DNA of 64,000 nucleotides from Fusobacteriia bacterium UBA1095 (GTDB taxonomy: Bacteria; Fusobacteriota; Fusobacteriia; Bac17; UBA816): NCBI GenBank assembly GCA_002313635.1, contig DCBY01000030.1:3368-67367 (forward strand), read 5' to 3'. The notes under the pieces are model-generated. The model did no database searches. It was not told the origin of the DNA and saw only the letters and a list, made by a program, of their open reading frames with translations. The position numbers and the translations under genes were made by a program. The stretch's first letter is position 1; each line of letters starts with the position of its first letter. Shown one piece after another: positions 51,721 to 62,178 of the stretch.

Positions 51721-54099
51721 CATCTTTTCTATTGATGACCTACTCTCATTGACAATATCATCTATATTTTTAGTGTAGGAGATAGGTTTACCAAAGCTGA
51801 CCCTTACTTTACCTCTTTTAGGGAAGTTTGACCCTGGAGGCATAAGTTCAAAAGTTCCATCTATTCTTATTGGAACTACGTCTACTTCTGCCTCTTTTGC
51901 TATTCTGGCAAAGGTTTTTTTGAATTCCAGCAGTGATCCATCCCTAGACCTTGCTCCTTCAGGGAAGATGTTAACACTATTTCCTCCTTGCAGTGCAATC
52001 TTTATATTTTCTAGAGCTTCACCAACGTTTCTATCTACGTTGAATACTATAGTGTTACTACTTTCAGCAATGAATCTTGATAGGGGATTTTTCATCAGCT
52101 TATCTTTCCCTAGGCATAGGGTTGTTTCTGATTTTTCACCTAAAGCTATAGCTATAGCGTACCAGTCTAGAACACTTAGGTGGTTAGCAACCATTAGGAC
52201 AGGTCTGTTTGGTACGTTTTCAGCTCCTATTACTTTGACATCCATAAAGATAGATGAAACAAATCTAGCCACCTTCATAAATGTTCTATTAATCTTAACA
52301 TTACCTATATGCTTTTTAATCTTTTTCCCTAATGCTTTAACTTTTGATGTATTTGTTCTTATAAAAGAGACTATATCTTTAATTAAAGGATTTTTTGCTA
52401 AGTCTTCTAGCTCCATCTTTACACTGAATTTATTTTGAACAAATTCAATAAAATCTACTCTTCCTATTGAATCCATTGAGAGATCAAGCTCTATGTGTGA
52501 ATCAGGTGTTATCTGTTTATTAAAGTTACTTAAGAAAAATTCTTCAAGTGCAGCATACTCTTTGCTATTCATTTTTTTTGTCTGAGCTTCACTCTTTTTC
52601 TCTTTGCTTATAGTTGGTAAGAGAAACCTTTTTAATTTGCCTATTCTTGTTCTTGGAAGAGATTCACTAGTTACAATTACTTCTTTTATCTGTTGGTAGT
52701 CTGGTACTGATATGTTGTAGTCAGATATCTTATCTTTTATATTACTTGAAATATTAGATATGGAATTTGTTACTGCAAAGTCCAAATTTGGCTTAACAAC
52801 GCACTTTAGTGTTCCTCTATCTTCAAATAATCCTATCTCTTCTACAATACCAACCTTTTTTTCTATTTCGTCTTCTATAGTCTGAGGCCATATATTTTTC
52901 CCATTTGACAATACTATAACCTCTTTTTTTCTACCTTTGATGTATAAGAAGCCATCCTTATCAAATTCTCCTAAATCTCCTGTATAGAACCATCCATCCT
53001 TGAATTTTTCTGAAGTCTTTTTCGGATTTTTGTAGTAACCTTTAGAAACATTGGGACCTTTCACAACAATTTCACCATCTTCTATTTTTACTTTAACACC
53101 TGGCAATACTTTTCCTGCTGATCCAAATCTATTTTCTGCAATATTACTGTATGAGATTGCTGGAGATGCTTCTGTTGTTCCATACCCCATGAATAACTCT
53201 ATTGATAGGGCTGCCAAATCTCTTTGAACTTCCGGATCTAGACCTGCTCCACCACAGGTGGTGTGAACTAGATTACCTCCAAATTTGTTATACACTCTCC
53301 TAAATAGAGTTCTACTTAACCATCTATTATTACAAAATCTCGATATCTTAAATAGTGTTTTAGCCAATATGCTGGAGTTAACGTTTTGCATAAGTTTATT
53401 GTGCAGCATGTATGCAAATCTTGGTATAACAGCGAATATAGATACTTTATATTTTTGCAAAGTATTTGTTATTACTTCTGATGAAATTTTATCAGAGAGT
53501 ATCAATGTTAGTTGAAGATAGGGAGATATAACAGCCATTGCTAAAAATCCAGCTGAGTGAAACATAGGAACGAATGTATAGAAAGATGCGTATTTAGGCC
53601 AATCAAGTATTTTCACCATGGAATTAAGGTTAGATATTATGTTTTTCCTACTGAGCATAACACCTAAAGGTTTTCCAGAAGTACCAGAGGTATATATAAT
53701 TGCTCCTAGCTTGTCATCCTTTGGAAAAGATATATCTTCACTACCCTTCTCAAGCTCTAAGTCAAGCCTATCCACATTTATTACTTCTAGACCTTTACCT
53801 TCCACTAAATCTTTAGTCTTATCAGAGCAAAAAACCCTCTCTATTCCAGAGTTTTTTACTATATAATTTAGGTCATCACCTTTTGACATATAGTCCATCG
53901 GAACAGCTGCACAATCTTTTTTCCATAAGGCATAAAGAGAGAAGAGCCATTCTGGTCTATTCTCCATCAGGATACCTACCTTTGAATCACTCTTCTCTAT
54001 GACATTTGAATACGCCTGTATATAATCTAAAAACCTGGAATAGGTTATCTCTCTACCATCATGTACAAAAGCTATTCTATTGGATCTTAATATTTTCAT
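51694..54099 (-). CDS. Acyl-AMP ligase / acyl carrier / PlsC-type acyltransferase fusion (Aas-like)
   Basis: YTSGTSG, GYGTTE, FYTGDLG, GRKKEVI (adenylation); DLSMDSIG (ACP Ser); ANHLSVLD and IFPEGARS (acyltransferase). Confidence 0.92.
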   Translation of the reverse strand: MKILRSNRIAFVHDGREITYSRFLDYIQAYSNVIEKSDSKVGILMENRPEWLFSLYALWKKDCAAVPMDYMSKGDDLNYIVKNSGIERVFCSDKTKDLVEGKGLEVINVDRLDLELEKGSEDISFPKDDKLGAIIYTSGTSGKPLGVMLSRKNIISNLNSMVKILDWPKYASFYTFVPMFHSAGFLAMAVISPYLQLTLILSDKISSEVITNTLQKYKVSIFAVIPRFAYMLHNKLMQNVNSSILAKTLFKISRFCNNRWLSRTLFRRVYNKFGGNLVHTTCGGAGLDPEVQRDLAALSIELFMGYGTTEASPAISYSNIAENRFGSAGKVLPGVKVKIEDGEIVVKGPNVSKGYYKNPKKTSEKFKDGWFYTGDLGEFDKDGFLYIKGRKKEVIVLSNGKNIWPQTIEDEIEKKVGIVEEIGLFEDRGTLKCVVKPNLDFAVTNSISNISSNIKDKISDYNISVPDYQQIKEVIVTSESLPRTRIGKLKRFLLPTISKEKKSEAQTKKMNSKEYAALEEFFLSNFNKQITPDSHIELDLSMDSIGRVDFIEFVQNKFSVKMELEDLAKNPLIKDIVSFIRTNTSKVKALGKKIKKHIGNVKINRTFMKVARFVSSIFMDVKVIGAENVPNRPVLMVANHLSVLDWYAIAIALGEKSETTLCLGKDKLMKNPLSRFIAESSNTIVFNVDRNVGEALENIKIALQGGNSVNIFPEGARSRDGSLLEFKKTFARIAKEAEVDVVPIRIDGTFELMPPGSNFPKRGKVRVSFGKPISYTKNIDDIVNESRSSIEKMLDKADYNS

Positions 54100-54152
54100 C
54101 TGCTTTTCCTAATGAAAATTCTATCACAATAGGGGGGAACTATCAACTTGCA

Positions 54153-54872
54153 CTATTTCTTTCTCTTTCCATTGGTCATTATACGCAATATTGAAAGGAA
54201 AAGATTTATAAAGCTAAGGAACAGACTAAAAGCTCCAAATACAGCAAATCTATCAACCCTATCTTCTCCGTAAGAATCTGAAAGTGCTACCGCGAGTTGT
54301 TTTAGGGATTGGACTTTTACAGCTACCAAAGCTGTGAAAATAACCGCTCCAAAATACCCTATAATCATATCAAAAAACTCTAGCCTTAAGAATAAGTTTG
54401 TTATGTTAACAACTACTAAGAAGACAAGAGAAACTGCCAATACAGAGGTGAATTTAGATAAATCTTCACCTGTTAGGTAGCCATATATAGCAGATACACC
54501 GAATATACTGGATGTGGCCAAAAGTACAAAAAGTACAGTTCTAGGGTCAAATGCTATTAAAAATGTTAAAGATATACCTGTCAAAATACAGTAAGATATG
54601 TATGCTATTCTAACAGTATTTAATGAGCTCCTAACAGAAAAAGATAGAAAGAAGCTTATACCCAACATTACAAATAGTGAAATGACATGAAGGTTGTTCT
54701 TTAGAACGAACACTAGAGCGTTTGTGTTGTTTAATATTGTAAAAAGAACGCCTGCTGTTACCAAAATCCCTAACATCAACCATCCAAAAACCTTGTTTAT
54801 GAATCCAGAGACTACTCTAGATTCTATATATGTGTTTGAGTTTTTGTCGTACTTAAAGTTAAAACCGTTCAT
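54153..54872 (-). CDS. Bax inhibitor-1/YccA family membrane protein
   Basis: About 7 TMs; F..KVFGWL..G..VTA, YGY.T..DLS, A.SLFLSFINLFLSILRI. Confidence 0.88.
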   Translation of the reverse strand: MNGFNFKYDKNSNTYIESRVVSGFINKVFGWLMLGILVTAGVLFTILNNTNALVFVLKNNLHVISLFVMLGISFFLSFSVRSSLNTVRIAYISYCILTGISLTFLIAFDPRTVLFVLLATSSIFGVSAIYGYLTGEDLSKFTSVLAVSLVFLVVVNITNLFLRLEFFDMIIGYFGAVIFTALVAVKVQSLKQLAVALSDSYGEDRVDRFAVFGAFSLFLSFINLFLSILRIMTNGKRKK

Positions 54873-54936
54873 CCTAACCTCCTAATTGTTTTACAAAATT
54901 ATACTACTCTTTGTAAAACAATACAAATCTATGTAC

Positions 54937-56826
54937 TTAGATGATTATAGCTCCACTTCTGTCAATGTATGTTTTGATATCTTCAGCAGCTTCTTCAGTT
55001 AAGGAGCTAATCTCTTGTTCAGCAGTATCAAAGTACAATAATTTCTCACTGCCCTCTTTTCTTGAGATATAGTATGAATAGGAGTAGCTGCTAGGAGATT
55101 TAAATATCTCAACTTTGAAATCATCTCCTTCTATAGTTATTTGTTCTGAATTTCCTGTACCTTCCTTCTTTGCAGTAGCTGTTTCTAGGTTTATAAAGCT
55201 ATTATTCCAATATGCAATTCCATTCTTTTCTGCTGTACTTAGAGGAGCAACAGTTGACGTGCCACGGCCATCTAGGGCAATTATAGCACTTCTTATCGCT
55301 TGTAAAGCAATATTTCCTTGAGGAACATATTCTAATGTGCCGGAGTATTGTTGTACACCAGGCCCAGAGGATCTTGTAATTTGCTGCTGGTCTTCATCAA
55401 CAGAGATATAATTTAAATTACTGTAATTATTTTCTAATACAGATATCTGATAATCGTACTCTGAAGAATTACCTGTTTCTGTAGCTGATATTTCAGTTCC
55501 ACTTGAGCTATCTACACTTACGAATTTGACTCTGTTTGAAGAACCATCAACATACTTATGTTCAGCTACTTCAAATTGATGGATACTTCCATCAAATCCC
55601 TCTATTTCATTTATTAACGGTACTACTTCATCTGCATTGGGACTATAGAAGCTAAGCTCGTCAACAAAATTTTTGAATGCTTGCTCTATTATAGCTACAT
55701 TTCTATCTTGTTCAACTGGTGTATCTTGTGAGATATCTTTTTCTATACCTGTAAAATTATCCTCTTCAGGGGTATCTATATTAGGCTCGTCATCTGACAA
55801 TACAAATTTTTTGTTTATAAGGTAGACAAATCTGTTAGCTCCTAAGAGGTTAGCTTGATTTTGCTTTTCAAAGGCTAGATTAGGGTTGTATACCACCTGA
55901 TTTTCATTGCTACTTTTGATTTCGTAAGCTATCTGAAATATCGGTTCATCATTTTCACTAGCAACTTGCTCTATAATTAATCTTCTCTCTACCTTATTTT
56001 CATCTCCTACGTCATTGTAAGTTTGGCCCTCATGGGTGAAAGTTCCTTTACCAGTTCTAGGGGGTAACTTTATTATGGTTTGATTTTTGTTATTAGGATG
56101 AAAATATGCATTTTGATTTTCATCAAATGTAGGGTTTTCTATTCTTGAATGGTTAACTTTAGTTCCATTCAGGTATATATCACCATTGCTATCTATCTTT
56201 ATAACAGGCATTACTGCACTAATATCAGGATCAAATGAGCCTTTGATTGCATATACCATACTGTTTTTAGCTATGTTTTTTGAATCTCTGTAATAGAAAT
56301 CATCAGCTCCCCTTATACCAGACGTATGCATTGAAAGTATATCTAAAGAAGCGGTATCATTCACTCTTTCTTCTAGCTCATTTTCTGAATATGTGGTAGA
56401 AAAGCTATTTCTTGCTGGAACAACAAATGATCCACTCTGAGTTGTTGTGTTATCTAGAGAAGTGCTTGAAAAGAATAAAACATCTTCAGAGGCAGAGTTT
56501 GAAGAGTCTATGGTTCCACTGTTCTCTAATGCCTTTGTTAGAAACCCTCCTGAATAGAAACCTTCTCTTTCAAGTTCACTGTACTTTCTTATCTTCTGTG
56601 CATCTGTGTCGTCTTTTTGGAAATATAGTGGTGTAAGGTCACTATTTTCCTCAACGGACAGAAACATGTCTGAATTAACATTAGGGAAGACATTTCCAGA
56701 ATCACCTCTTATTGCTGTATATTCTGAAGTTGGCTTATACCACTCTAGTTGAGGAACTGTAGTTTGAGCGCCAGAAGATGCTCCCCCTGAGCAACCTAAC
56801 AGTGCTAAAAGAAATTGAATTATCAT
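54937..56826 (-). CDS. Orphan putative lipoprotein, acidic and Ser/Thr/Asn-rich
   Basis: MIIQFLLALLGC-SGGASSG; SD GGGAGA. Confidence 0.7.
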   Translation of the reverse strand: MIIQFLLALLGCSGGASSGAQTTVPQLEWYKPTSEYTAIRGDSGNVFPNVNSDMFLSVEENSDLTPLYFQKDDTDAQKIRKYSELEREGFYSGGFLTKALENSGTIDSSNSASEDVLFFSSTSLDNTTTQSGSFVVPARNSFSTTYSENELEERVNDTASLDILSMHTSGIRGADDFYYRDSKNIAKNSMVYAIKGSFDPDISAVMPVIKIDSNGDIYLNGTKVNHSRIENPTFDENQNAYFHPNNKNQTIIKLPPRTGKGTFTHEGQTYNDVGDENKVERRLIIEQVASENDEPIFQIAYEIKSSNENQVVYNPNLAFEKQNQANLLGANRFVYLINKKFVLSDDEPNIDTPEEDNFTGIEKDISQDTPVEQDRNVAIIEQAFKNFVDELSFYSPNADEVVPLINEIEGFDGSIHQFEVAEHKYVDGSSNRVKFVSVDSSSGTEISATETGNSSEYDYQISVLENNYSNLNYISVDEDQQQITRSSGPGVQQYSGTLEYVPQGNIALQAIRSAIIALDGRGTSTVAPLSTAEKNGIAYWNNSFINLETATAKKEGTGNSEQITIEGDDFKVEIFKSPSSYSYSYYISRKEGSEKLLYFDTAEQEISSLTEEAAEDIKTYIDRSGAIII

Positions 56827-56893
56827 ATTTTCTCCCTTTTTATCTAAGTTTAACTTAATTATAGTGTCAAATACGGAGAAATCAAAATTTATT

Positions 56894-58660
56894 TCAATTA
56901 GAGCTTGTTATTAAATTTACTAAATCCTCAACTGTCATTTTACTGTTTTCCCCAGAAAGAGTCCTAACACTTAGTTCTTTATTGTCTCTCTCCTCTTCAC
57001 CTAAAATAATGTGCAGAGGTATTTTTTTCAGTGAAGCTCTCTTTATTTTTTGTGATACTCTATCTGATGAATTGTCAAAAAAGGCTCTTATGCCTTTGTC
57101 TTGCAGCCTTTCATACACTTCCTTAGCATACTTTTCACTCTTTTCAGATATAGTCATGATGCTAGCCTGCACTGGAGCAAGCCAAAGAGGGAGTTTTCCT
57201 TCATAGTGTTCAATTAATATGCCTATAAATCGCTCAACACTACCATATATTGCTCTGTGTATCATTATGGGTCTCTGTACTTCATTGTTACTATCTACGT
57301 ACTCTAACTCAAATCTATTAGGTAGATTAAAGTCTAACTGTATTGTGGAGCACTGCCATCTTCTTCCTATGGCATCTTTAACTTTGTAATCTATTTTTGG
57401 TCCATAGAAGGAACCATCTCCTTCATTAACTACGTATGATGTATTACTTTTCTCCAGAGCTCTCTTTAGAGCTTCTGTGGCATCTTCCCATATATCAATA
57501 CTTCCTATATATTTCTCTGGTCGAGTAGATAATTCTACTTCATATTGAAACCCAAACATGCTTAAAATTTCATCAACAAACTTTATAACCTTAATTATCT
57601 CTTGCTCTATCATCTCTTGTGAAAGGAAAATATGTGCATCATCCTGTGTGAACTCTCTCTGTCTCATTAGACCGTGAATTGTTCCACTTAGCTCCCTCCT
57701 AAATACATTACCTAGCTCAAACAATTTAATAGGAAGGTCTCTGTAAGATTTAGGGCTGTTTTTGTAAACCAAAACACTTCCTGGACAGTTCATAGGCTTT
57801 ACAAGAAGAGTTTCATCTTCAAATTCTGTGGAGTACATATTCTCTCTGTAGTTATCCCAATGTCCGGATTGTTGCCATAGCTCTCTGTTCATTATAGTAG
57901 GTGTTTTGATCTCTTTGTATCCCTTTTCTCTGTGTTTTTGTCTAGTTACCTCTTCAACTATTTTTCTTAACACCATGCCGTTAGGTAGCCAGAAAGTCGA
58001 TCCAAAAGATGCACTGTTGCTCATAAACAGTTCTAACTCTCTACCTAATTTTCTGTGATCCCTTTTTTCAACTTCTTTTATGAAGTTTAAGTACTCATTG
58101 AGTCTCTCTTTTGTATCAAAAGCGTACCCATATATTCTTTGAAGCATTTCATTATTTTTATCATTTTTCCAATAAGCGCCTGAGATGCTGATTAGCTTGA
58201 AAGCTCTTAAATATGATGTGTTAGGAACATGAGGCCCTCTACAGAGATCAACAAACTCTCCTTGTCTGTATATAGTTACAAAATCTTCCTCTATATCATC
58301 AAGAATTTTTAACTTATATTCTTCTCCCAGATTAGAGAAAAGAGATATAGCTTCTTTTTTAGATAATACTTCTCTCCTTATATCTAATTTTTTGTTTGCT
58401 ATGTTCTTCATCTCTTTCTCTACTTTTTTTAGGTCATCTTCACCCAAATGAACATTGCTAAAATCATAGTAGAATCCATTAGATGTTGCTGGACCTATTG
58501 CCTTTTGCACTCTAGGATAGAGGTTTTGCATAGCCTGTGCTAGTAGGTGAGCACAGCTATGCCTTACCACTTGAAGCCCCTCCTCAGAGCTGGCTAATAC
58601 TTCATCTCCGTCATTATCTATATCAACAATCTTTCCATCAATTTTTTTAGCTACTACCAT
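56894..58660 (-). CDS. thrS: Threonine--tRNA ligase (N-terminally shortened)
   Basis: RHSCAH, DLCRGPH, RDHRKLG, KPMNCP, FTQDDAH, FYGPKID, IHRAIYGS.ERF. Confidence 0.99.
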   Translation of the reverse strand: MVVAKKIDGKIVDIDNDGDEVLASSEEGLQVVRHSCAHLLAQAMQNLYPRVQKAIGPATSNGFYYDFSNVHLGEDDLKKVEKEMKNIANKKLDIRREVLSKKEAISLFSNLGEEYKLKILDDIEEDFVTIYRQGEFVDLCRGPHVPNTSYLRAFKLISISGAYWKNDKNNEMLQRIYGYAFDTKERLNEYLNFIKEVEKRDHRKLGRELELFMSNSASFGSTFWLPNGMVLRKIVEEVTRQKHREKGYKEIKTPTIMNRELWQQSGHWDNYRENMYSTEFEDETLLVKPMNCPGSVLVYKNSPKSYRDLPIKLFELGNVFRRELSGTIHGLMRQREFTQDDAHIFLSQEMIEQEIIKVIKFVDEILSMFGFQYEVELSTRPEKYIGSIDIWEDATEALKRALEKSNTSYVVNEGDGSFYGPKIDYKVKDAIGRRWQCSTIQLDFNLPNRFELEYVDSNNEVQRPIMIHRAIYGSVERFIGILIEHYEGKLPLWLAPVQASIMTISEKSEKYAKEVYERLQDKGIRAFFDNSSDRVSQKIKRASLKKIPLHIILGEEERDNKELSVRTLSGENSKMTVEDLVNLITSSN

Positions 58661-58668
58661 TAAGCCTC

Positions 58669-61600
58669 CTATAGCCCAAATTTAACATTTTCAACTTTAT
58701 CTTCTCTTATATCCATACCAAATGCCTTCTCTGGGAATTCAGATATAGACAGCTCAAATCCAAACATCCAAACCAACTCTGACTCAGTGTCCCTAGCCTT
58801 TCCAAGTTTCATACTTAGTTTTGTACAGTGGATGTTATGATCCAATCTACCATATATCTTCTCTACTCTACTATCTGCTTTATTGTCTTTTATATGGAAT
58901 CCTGGCCACCACTCATAGTCTTCTCTTCCAAAACCTATCCTTACATCTAATTCTCTTGTGTCTTCGGTGTACTCACTTGAAATGTCTTCTCTCTTTTTAT
59001 TAATTTTGTAGCTTAGTTCAAAGAATGTTGAGTACTTCAAGAATAGGTCGATATTCACTCTTTTCCAAGAGGCCTGATAGTTTGGCCAACTTAACTTTGC
59101 TTCGTTTAGATATCCAGCATCGTGTACTATTTTACACTTAATGCCAATTTTTTTAAGGCCATCATCAACTCTCTCTCTCTTTTTTTCTCTACCTAAATCC
59201 ATTATATTTCTCTTAGATTTATTTTTGTTAATCTCTATGATTTTGTCTATGTCTTCTTCTTGGAAGGACTCAAAATCAAAGAAGTCACTCTCTAGTTCAT
59301 CAAAGTCGTCCTCATCCTCTTCTTCCTGAGTCATTATGACTTTCTTAATAGAGTTTCTATCTTCTACGGCCATTTCAAATCCTAGTGTAGAGTCTTTGAA
59401 TTCAGATGTTATTTCATCATACTCATTTCGGTAATTAGCATATATCTCATATTTCCTCTTAAGCCTTTCAAAGTCCTTTGTGAAACTCAATTCTACTCTA
59501 TTTTCTATTATGTTTGAGATATCTTTAATCTGAACTCTATCGTATCTGTGAGAAAGACTTCTCTCATACTTAGCGCCTAATCCCATAATATTAGCACCAA
59601 ACTTGTATTCATGTCTCTCAAATGTTGATCTTACAGTGTTTTTGTCAGAAATACTTCGGTTGTATCTCTTCTCATAGCTGTTTTTGAAGTCAACTTTTAG
59701 GTAATCCATATCAGAGCTGTACTCTTGTGAGAAGGTGTAGTTAGGATCACTATCTTCTACTTCCCAGGAACTATTGTTAATAATTCTAAATGTGAAAATT
59801 CTCTGTGACCCTATGTTTATGCTACCTTCATTGAGGAAGTTTTTGTTCTTCATAAATTTCTTTTTGGCATAGAAATCTCTATCCATACCAAATCTGTAGT
59901 TACTTCCTATGTTGCCCATGTTTAATTGGAAAAGAGAGGAGTAATTATTTCTGTTAGTAGGCTCTTTCTGATCTTTTGGGAAATCTCCTACGAAGTATGA
60001 AAGCTTAAGACTAGGTGTTACTGTCAGGTTTAAGTCTACACTTCTATTTACAACTTTAGAGTTATCGATAGCGTAGATCGGTACTGCTACTGCAAAATTG
60101 TGAATTAGTGAATCAAAAAATTTACTGTAGCCTTCAAGTTCCTCTTTTGATTCCAAATATTTCCTTAAATCTATTCTGTACCTTGGATCTATTTTCAGGA
60201 TCTCTCCTAGGAATATTCCGGTATGTCCTATCTCTGCACTACTATCTATATATGCCTCTTTTTCTCTCTTAATAATGTTAGACTCTCTATTTTCGTAGTC
60301 AGTCTCAGGATCTATTGAAGGATCTGGAACATCAAAAGATCTTGATAGGCTAGACACTCTCTCTATGCTGTAAGAGTGTGTGAATTTAGTTCCAAACAAT
60401 GAGTATCTACCTAGCTCAAAGCTAGCCCTATTTTTGGAGCTGTCGCTTGATACATAGTTAGATTTCTCTACATCAAGGGAAGAGCTTCTGCTACTCCAGA
60501 GATCTTTGAAGCTGTCTTCATACTCTAACTTTACACCTAGCCTTCTAAACTCTATGCCTACAAAGTCTCTTCTATCTTCTTTAGATTTACCAGATCTTCC
60601 TTTTTCAGGTCTTATATCCCTGCTTCTCTTTCTCTCATAACCAAATTTGTGATACCTGCCATCACTGTGTGTAAGTTGTAGGTGATTCTCTATTCTGGTA
60701 TCTATTTCTGCACTTTCTTCTAATACGCTCTCTTCAATTTCGTCATCTAATTTTTTTGTCAAATTTTCTAAAACTCTCTTCTCAGCAATGATGCCTAGGT
60801 ATCTGTATTTAACATCTAGCATCTTCCATACTTTTTGATCTATGTTTATATCTACTTGTGTATATTTCTCTTTTGTACCTAAAACCGAGTAGTTACCTTG
60901 AGAGTCTTTTATAAGGTCGGAATCTGTAACTTTTAGGTCAAGTTTGGATTTTGAAGGACCTAAGACATGGGTATCTTTCAATTCAAATAGGTAGCCCTCA
61001 TCTATGACAAGCTCATTTACTGTTTCAAATTTGTAACTACTTCCACTACTTGACCTGTTTTTAATCTCAACAGGGGAGGTATTTTCAAAGTTACTATCAA
61101 TTCTCTCTGTCTTAGCTTTCACCCAATCTTTTATCTGTAAGAAACCTTTGAAATTTTTATTTTTCATCATAGAGTAGCTAGTTCTTAGCTTGTTAACCCC
61201 AAGACCTCTATTTGCACTGTATTCTAGGTTTAGAAGAAAATCTAAATTTACATTTGGTATTCCTAATACCTCTTCGTCTTTGTATACTTGGTAGTCAAAT
61301 CCATAGATTACCATTGTCCCCTTAGCTTCATCGTAAGTTATTGTGGGGAAGAGAGGCGCTCTATCTTCTTTTTCAACTACATATGAGGCATATATAGGAA
61401 CGGGGAACAGCTTGAAATTCTTACCTATGTATATCCAGCCTCTGTATGCTACAAACTTTGCATCTGGATAGAAGTCAACGCTATCTGCCTCTATCCTGAA
61501 GTGCGGTTCATCTAGATCACATGTTGTGACATATGCCTTCTTTGCTTTTAGGATATCTGGAAATTTTGCCTCTATGTTATCAGCTTTTAGGTGAAACTTA

Positions 61601-61923
61601 TTAAGTTCAGTCCTACCATCGGTAACTTTGGCAATCTTGTTTTCTAAATCTAACTCCAAATGCTTGGCAAAAACACGATAGCTGTCCTGAAAAAAACCAA
61701 TATCGCCTTCTGCTATTATCTTATTCTCTTGTTCTACCCTTCTTATCTTTTTAGCCTGAACTGTTATGTTTTCATAGGAAACTTCACTTTTCCCCTCTGC
61801 TTTAAAGGACTCATCAACTAAGTCAATCTCAACGTTCTTGGACCTTCCGTCTATCAAATAATTTTTGCTCTCTTCACTGTTTACAGAGCTGAACATTAAA
61901 AAGAAAAGAAATAGAAAAAACAA
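58669..61923 (-). CDS. LptD/OstA-like large outer-membrane protein
   Basis: Signal peptide; N-terminal beta-jellyroll pattern (AEG.., ITVQA, IIAEGD), AYVTTCDLDEPHFRIEA, HCT near the C-terminus, beta-rich body. Confidence 0.8.
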   Translation of the reverse strand: MFFLFLFFLMFSSVNSEESKNYLIDGRSKNVEIDLVDESFKAEGKSEVSYENITVQAKKIRRVEQENKIIAEGDIGFFQDSYRVFAKHLELDLENKIAKVTDGRTELNKFHLKADNIEAKFPDILKAKKAYVTTCDLDEPHFRIEADSVDFYPDAKFVAYRGWIYIGKNFKLFPVPIYASYVVEKEDRAPLFPTITYDEAKGTMVIYGFDYQVYKDEEVLGIPNVNLDFLLNLEYSANRGLGVNKLRTSYSMMKNKNFKGFLQIKDWVKAKTERIDSNFENTSPVEIKNRSSSGSSYKFETVNELVIDEGYLFELKDTHVLGPSKSKLDLKVTDSDLIKDSQGNYSVLGTKEKYTQVDINIDQKVWKMLDVKYRYLGIIAEKRVLENLTKKLDDEIEESVLEESAEIDTRIENHLQLTHSDGRYHKFGYERKRSRDIRPEKGRSGKSKEDRRDFVGIEFRRLGVKLEYEDSFKDLWSSRSSSLDVEKSNYVSSDSSKNRASFELGRYSLFGTKFTHSYSIERVSSLSRSFDVPDPSIDPETDYENRESNIIKREKEAYIDSSAEIGHTGIFLGEILKIDPRYRIDLRKYLESKEELEGYSKFFDSLIHNFAVAVPIYAIDNSKVVNRSVDLNLTVTPSLKLSYFVGDFPKDQKEPTNRNNYSSLFQLNMGNIGSNYRFGMDRDFYAKKKFMKNKNFLNEGSINIGSQRIFTFRIINNSSWEVEDSDPNYTFSQEYSSDMDYLKVDFKNSYEKRYNRSISDKNTVRSTFERHEYKFGANIMGLGAKYERSLSHRYDRVQIKDISNIIENRVELSFTKDFERLKRKYEIYANYRNEYDEITSEFKDSTLGFEMAVEDRNSIKKVIMTQEEEDEDDFDELESDFFDFESFQEEDIDKIIEINKNKSKRNIMDLGREKKRERVDDGLKKIGIKCKIVHDAGYLNEAKLSWPNYQASWKRVNIDLFLKYSTFFELSYKINKKREDISSEYTEDTRELDVRIGFGREDYEWWPGFHIKDNKADSRVEKIYGRLDHNIHCTKLSMKLGKARDTESELVWMFGFELSISEFPEKAFGMDIREDKVENVKFGL

Positions 61924-62050
61924 CTTAACCCCTTTTTGATGAAATTATATCATATAAACTAGTATTAGCTTATAGAATCAAAAAAATGTTTTTTTTGAAA
62001 ATTAACTTTCTAAGTGAAAACTAGTGCTGATTTGAACCCCTTTTTTCGAC

Positions 62051-62079
62051 TAGACAACAATGGAATCTATGTTTATAAT
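62051..62079 (+). promoter_or_regulatory. sigma70 promoter of nrdA
   Basis: TAGACA-N17-TATAAT. Confidence 0.7.
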
Positions 62080-62090
62080 TTTCTTAACAA

Positions 62091-62138
62091 GTACAATATC
62101 TAGTACCTGAAGTTGAAGATCGGTACAATATATGTATG
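62091..62138 (+). promoter_or_regulatory. Tandem NrdR boxes
   Basis: gtaCAATATCTAGtac (62091-62106) and gtaCAATATATGTatg (62123-62138), 32 bp apart, upstream of nrdA. Confidence 0.8.
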
Positions 62139-62178
62139 TTAGTTGGAGTTTTTTCACTTTGGATTTTGAGGAGTAAAA

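Noticed and set aside
50664..54099. NRPS/PKS secondary-metabolite cluster
   Set aside because: No condensation, ketosynthase or thioesterase domains; the adenylation-carrier unit is fused to a PlsC-type acyltransferase, consistent with lipid metabolism
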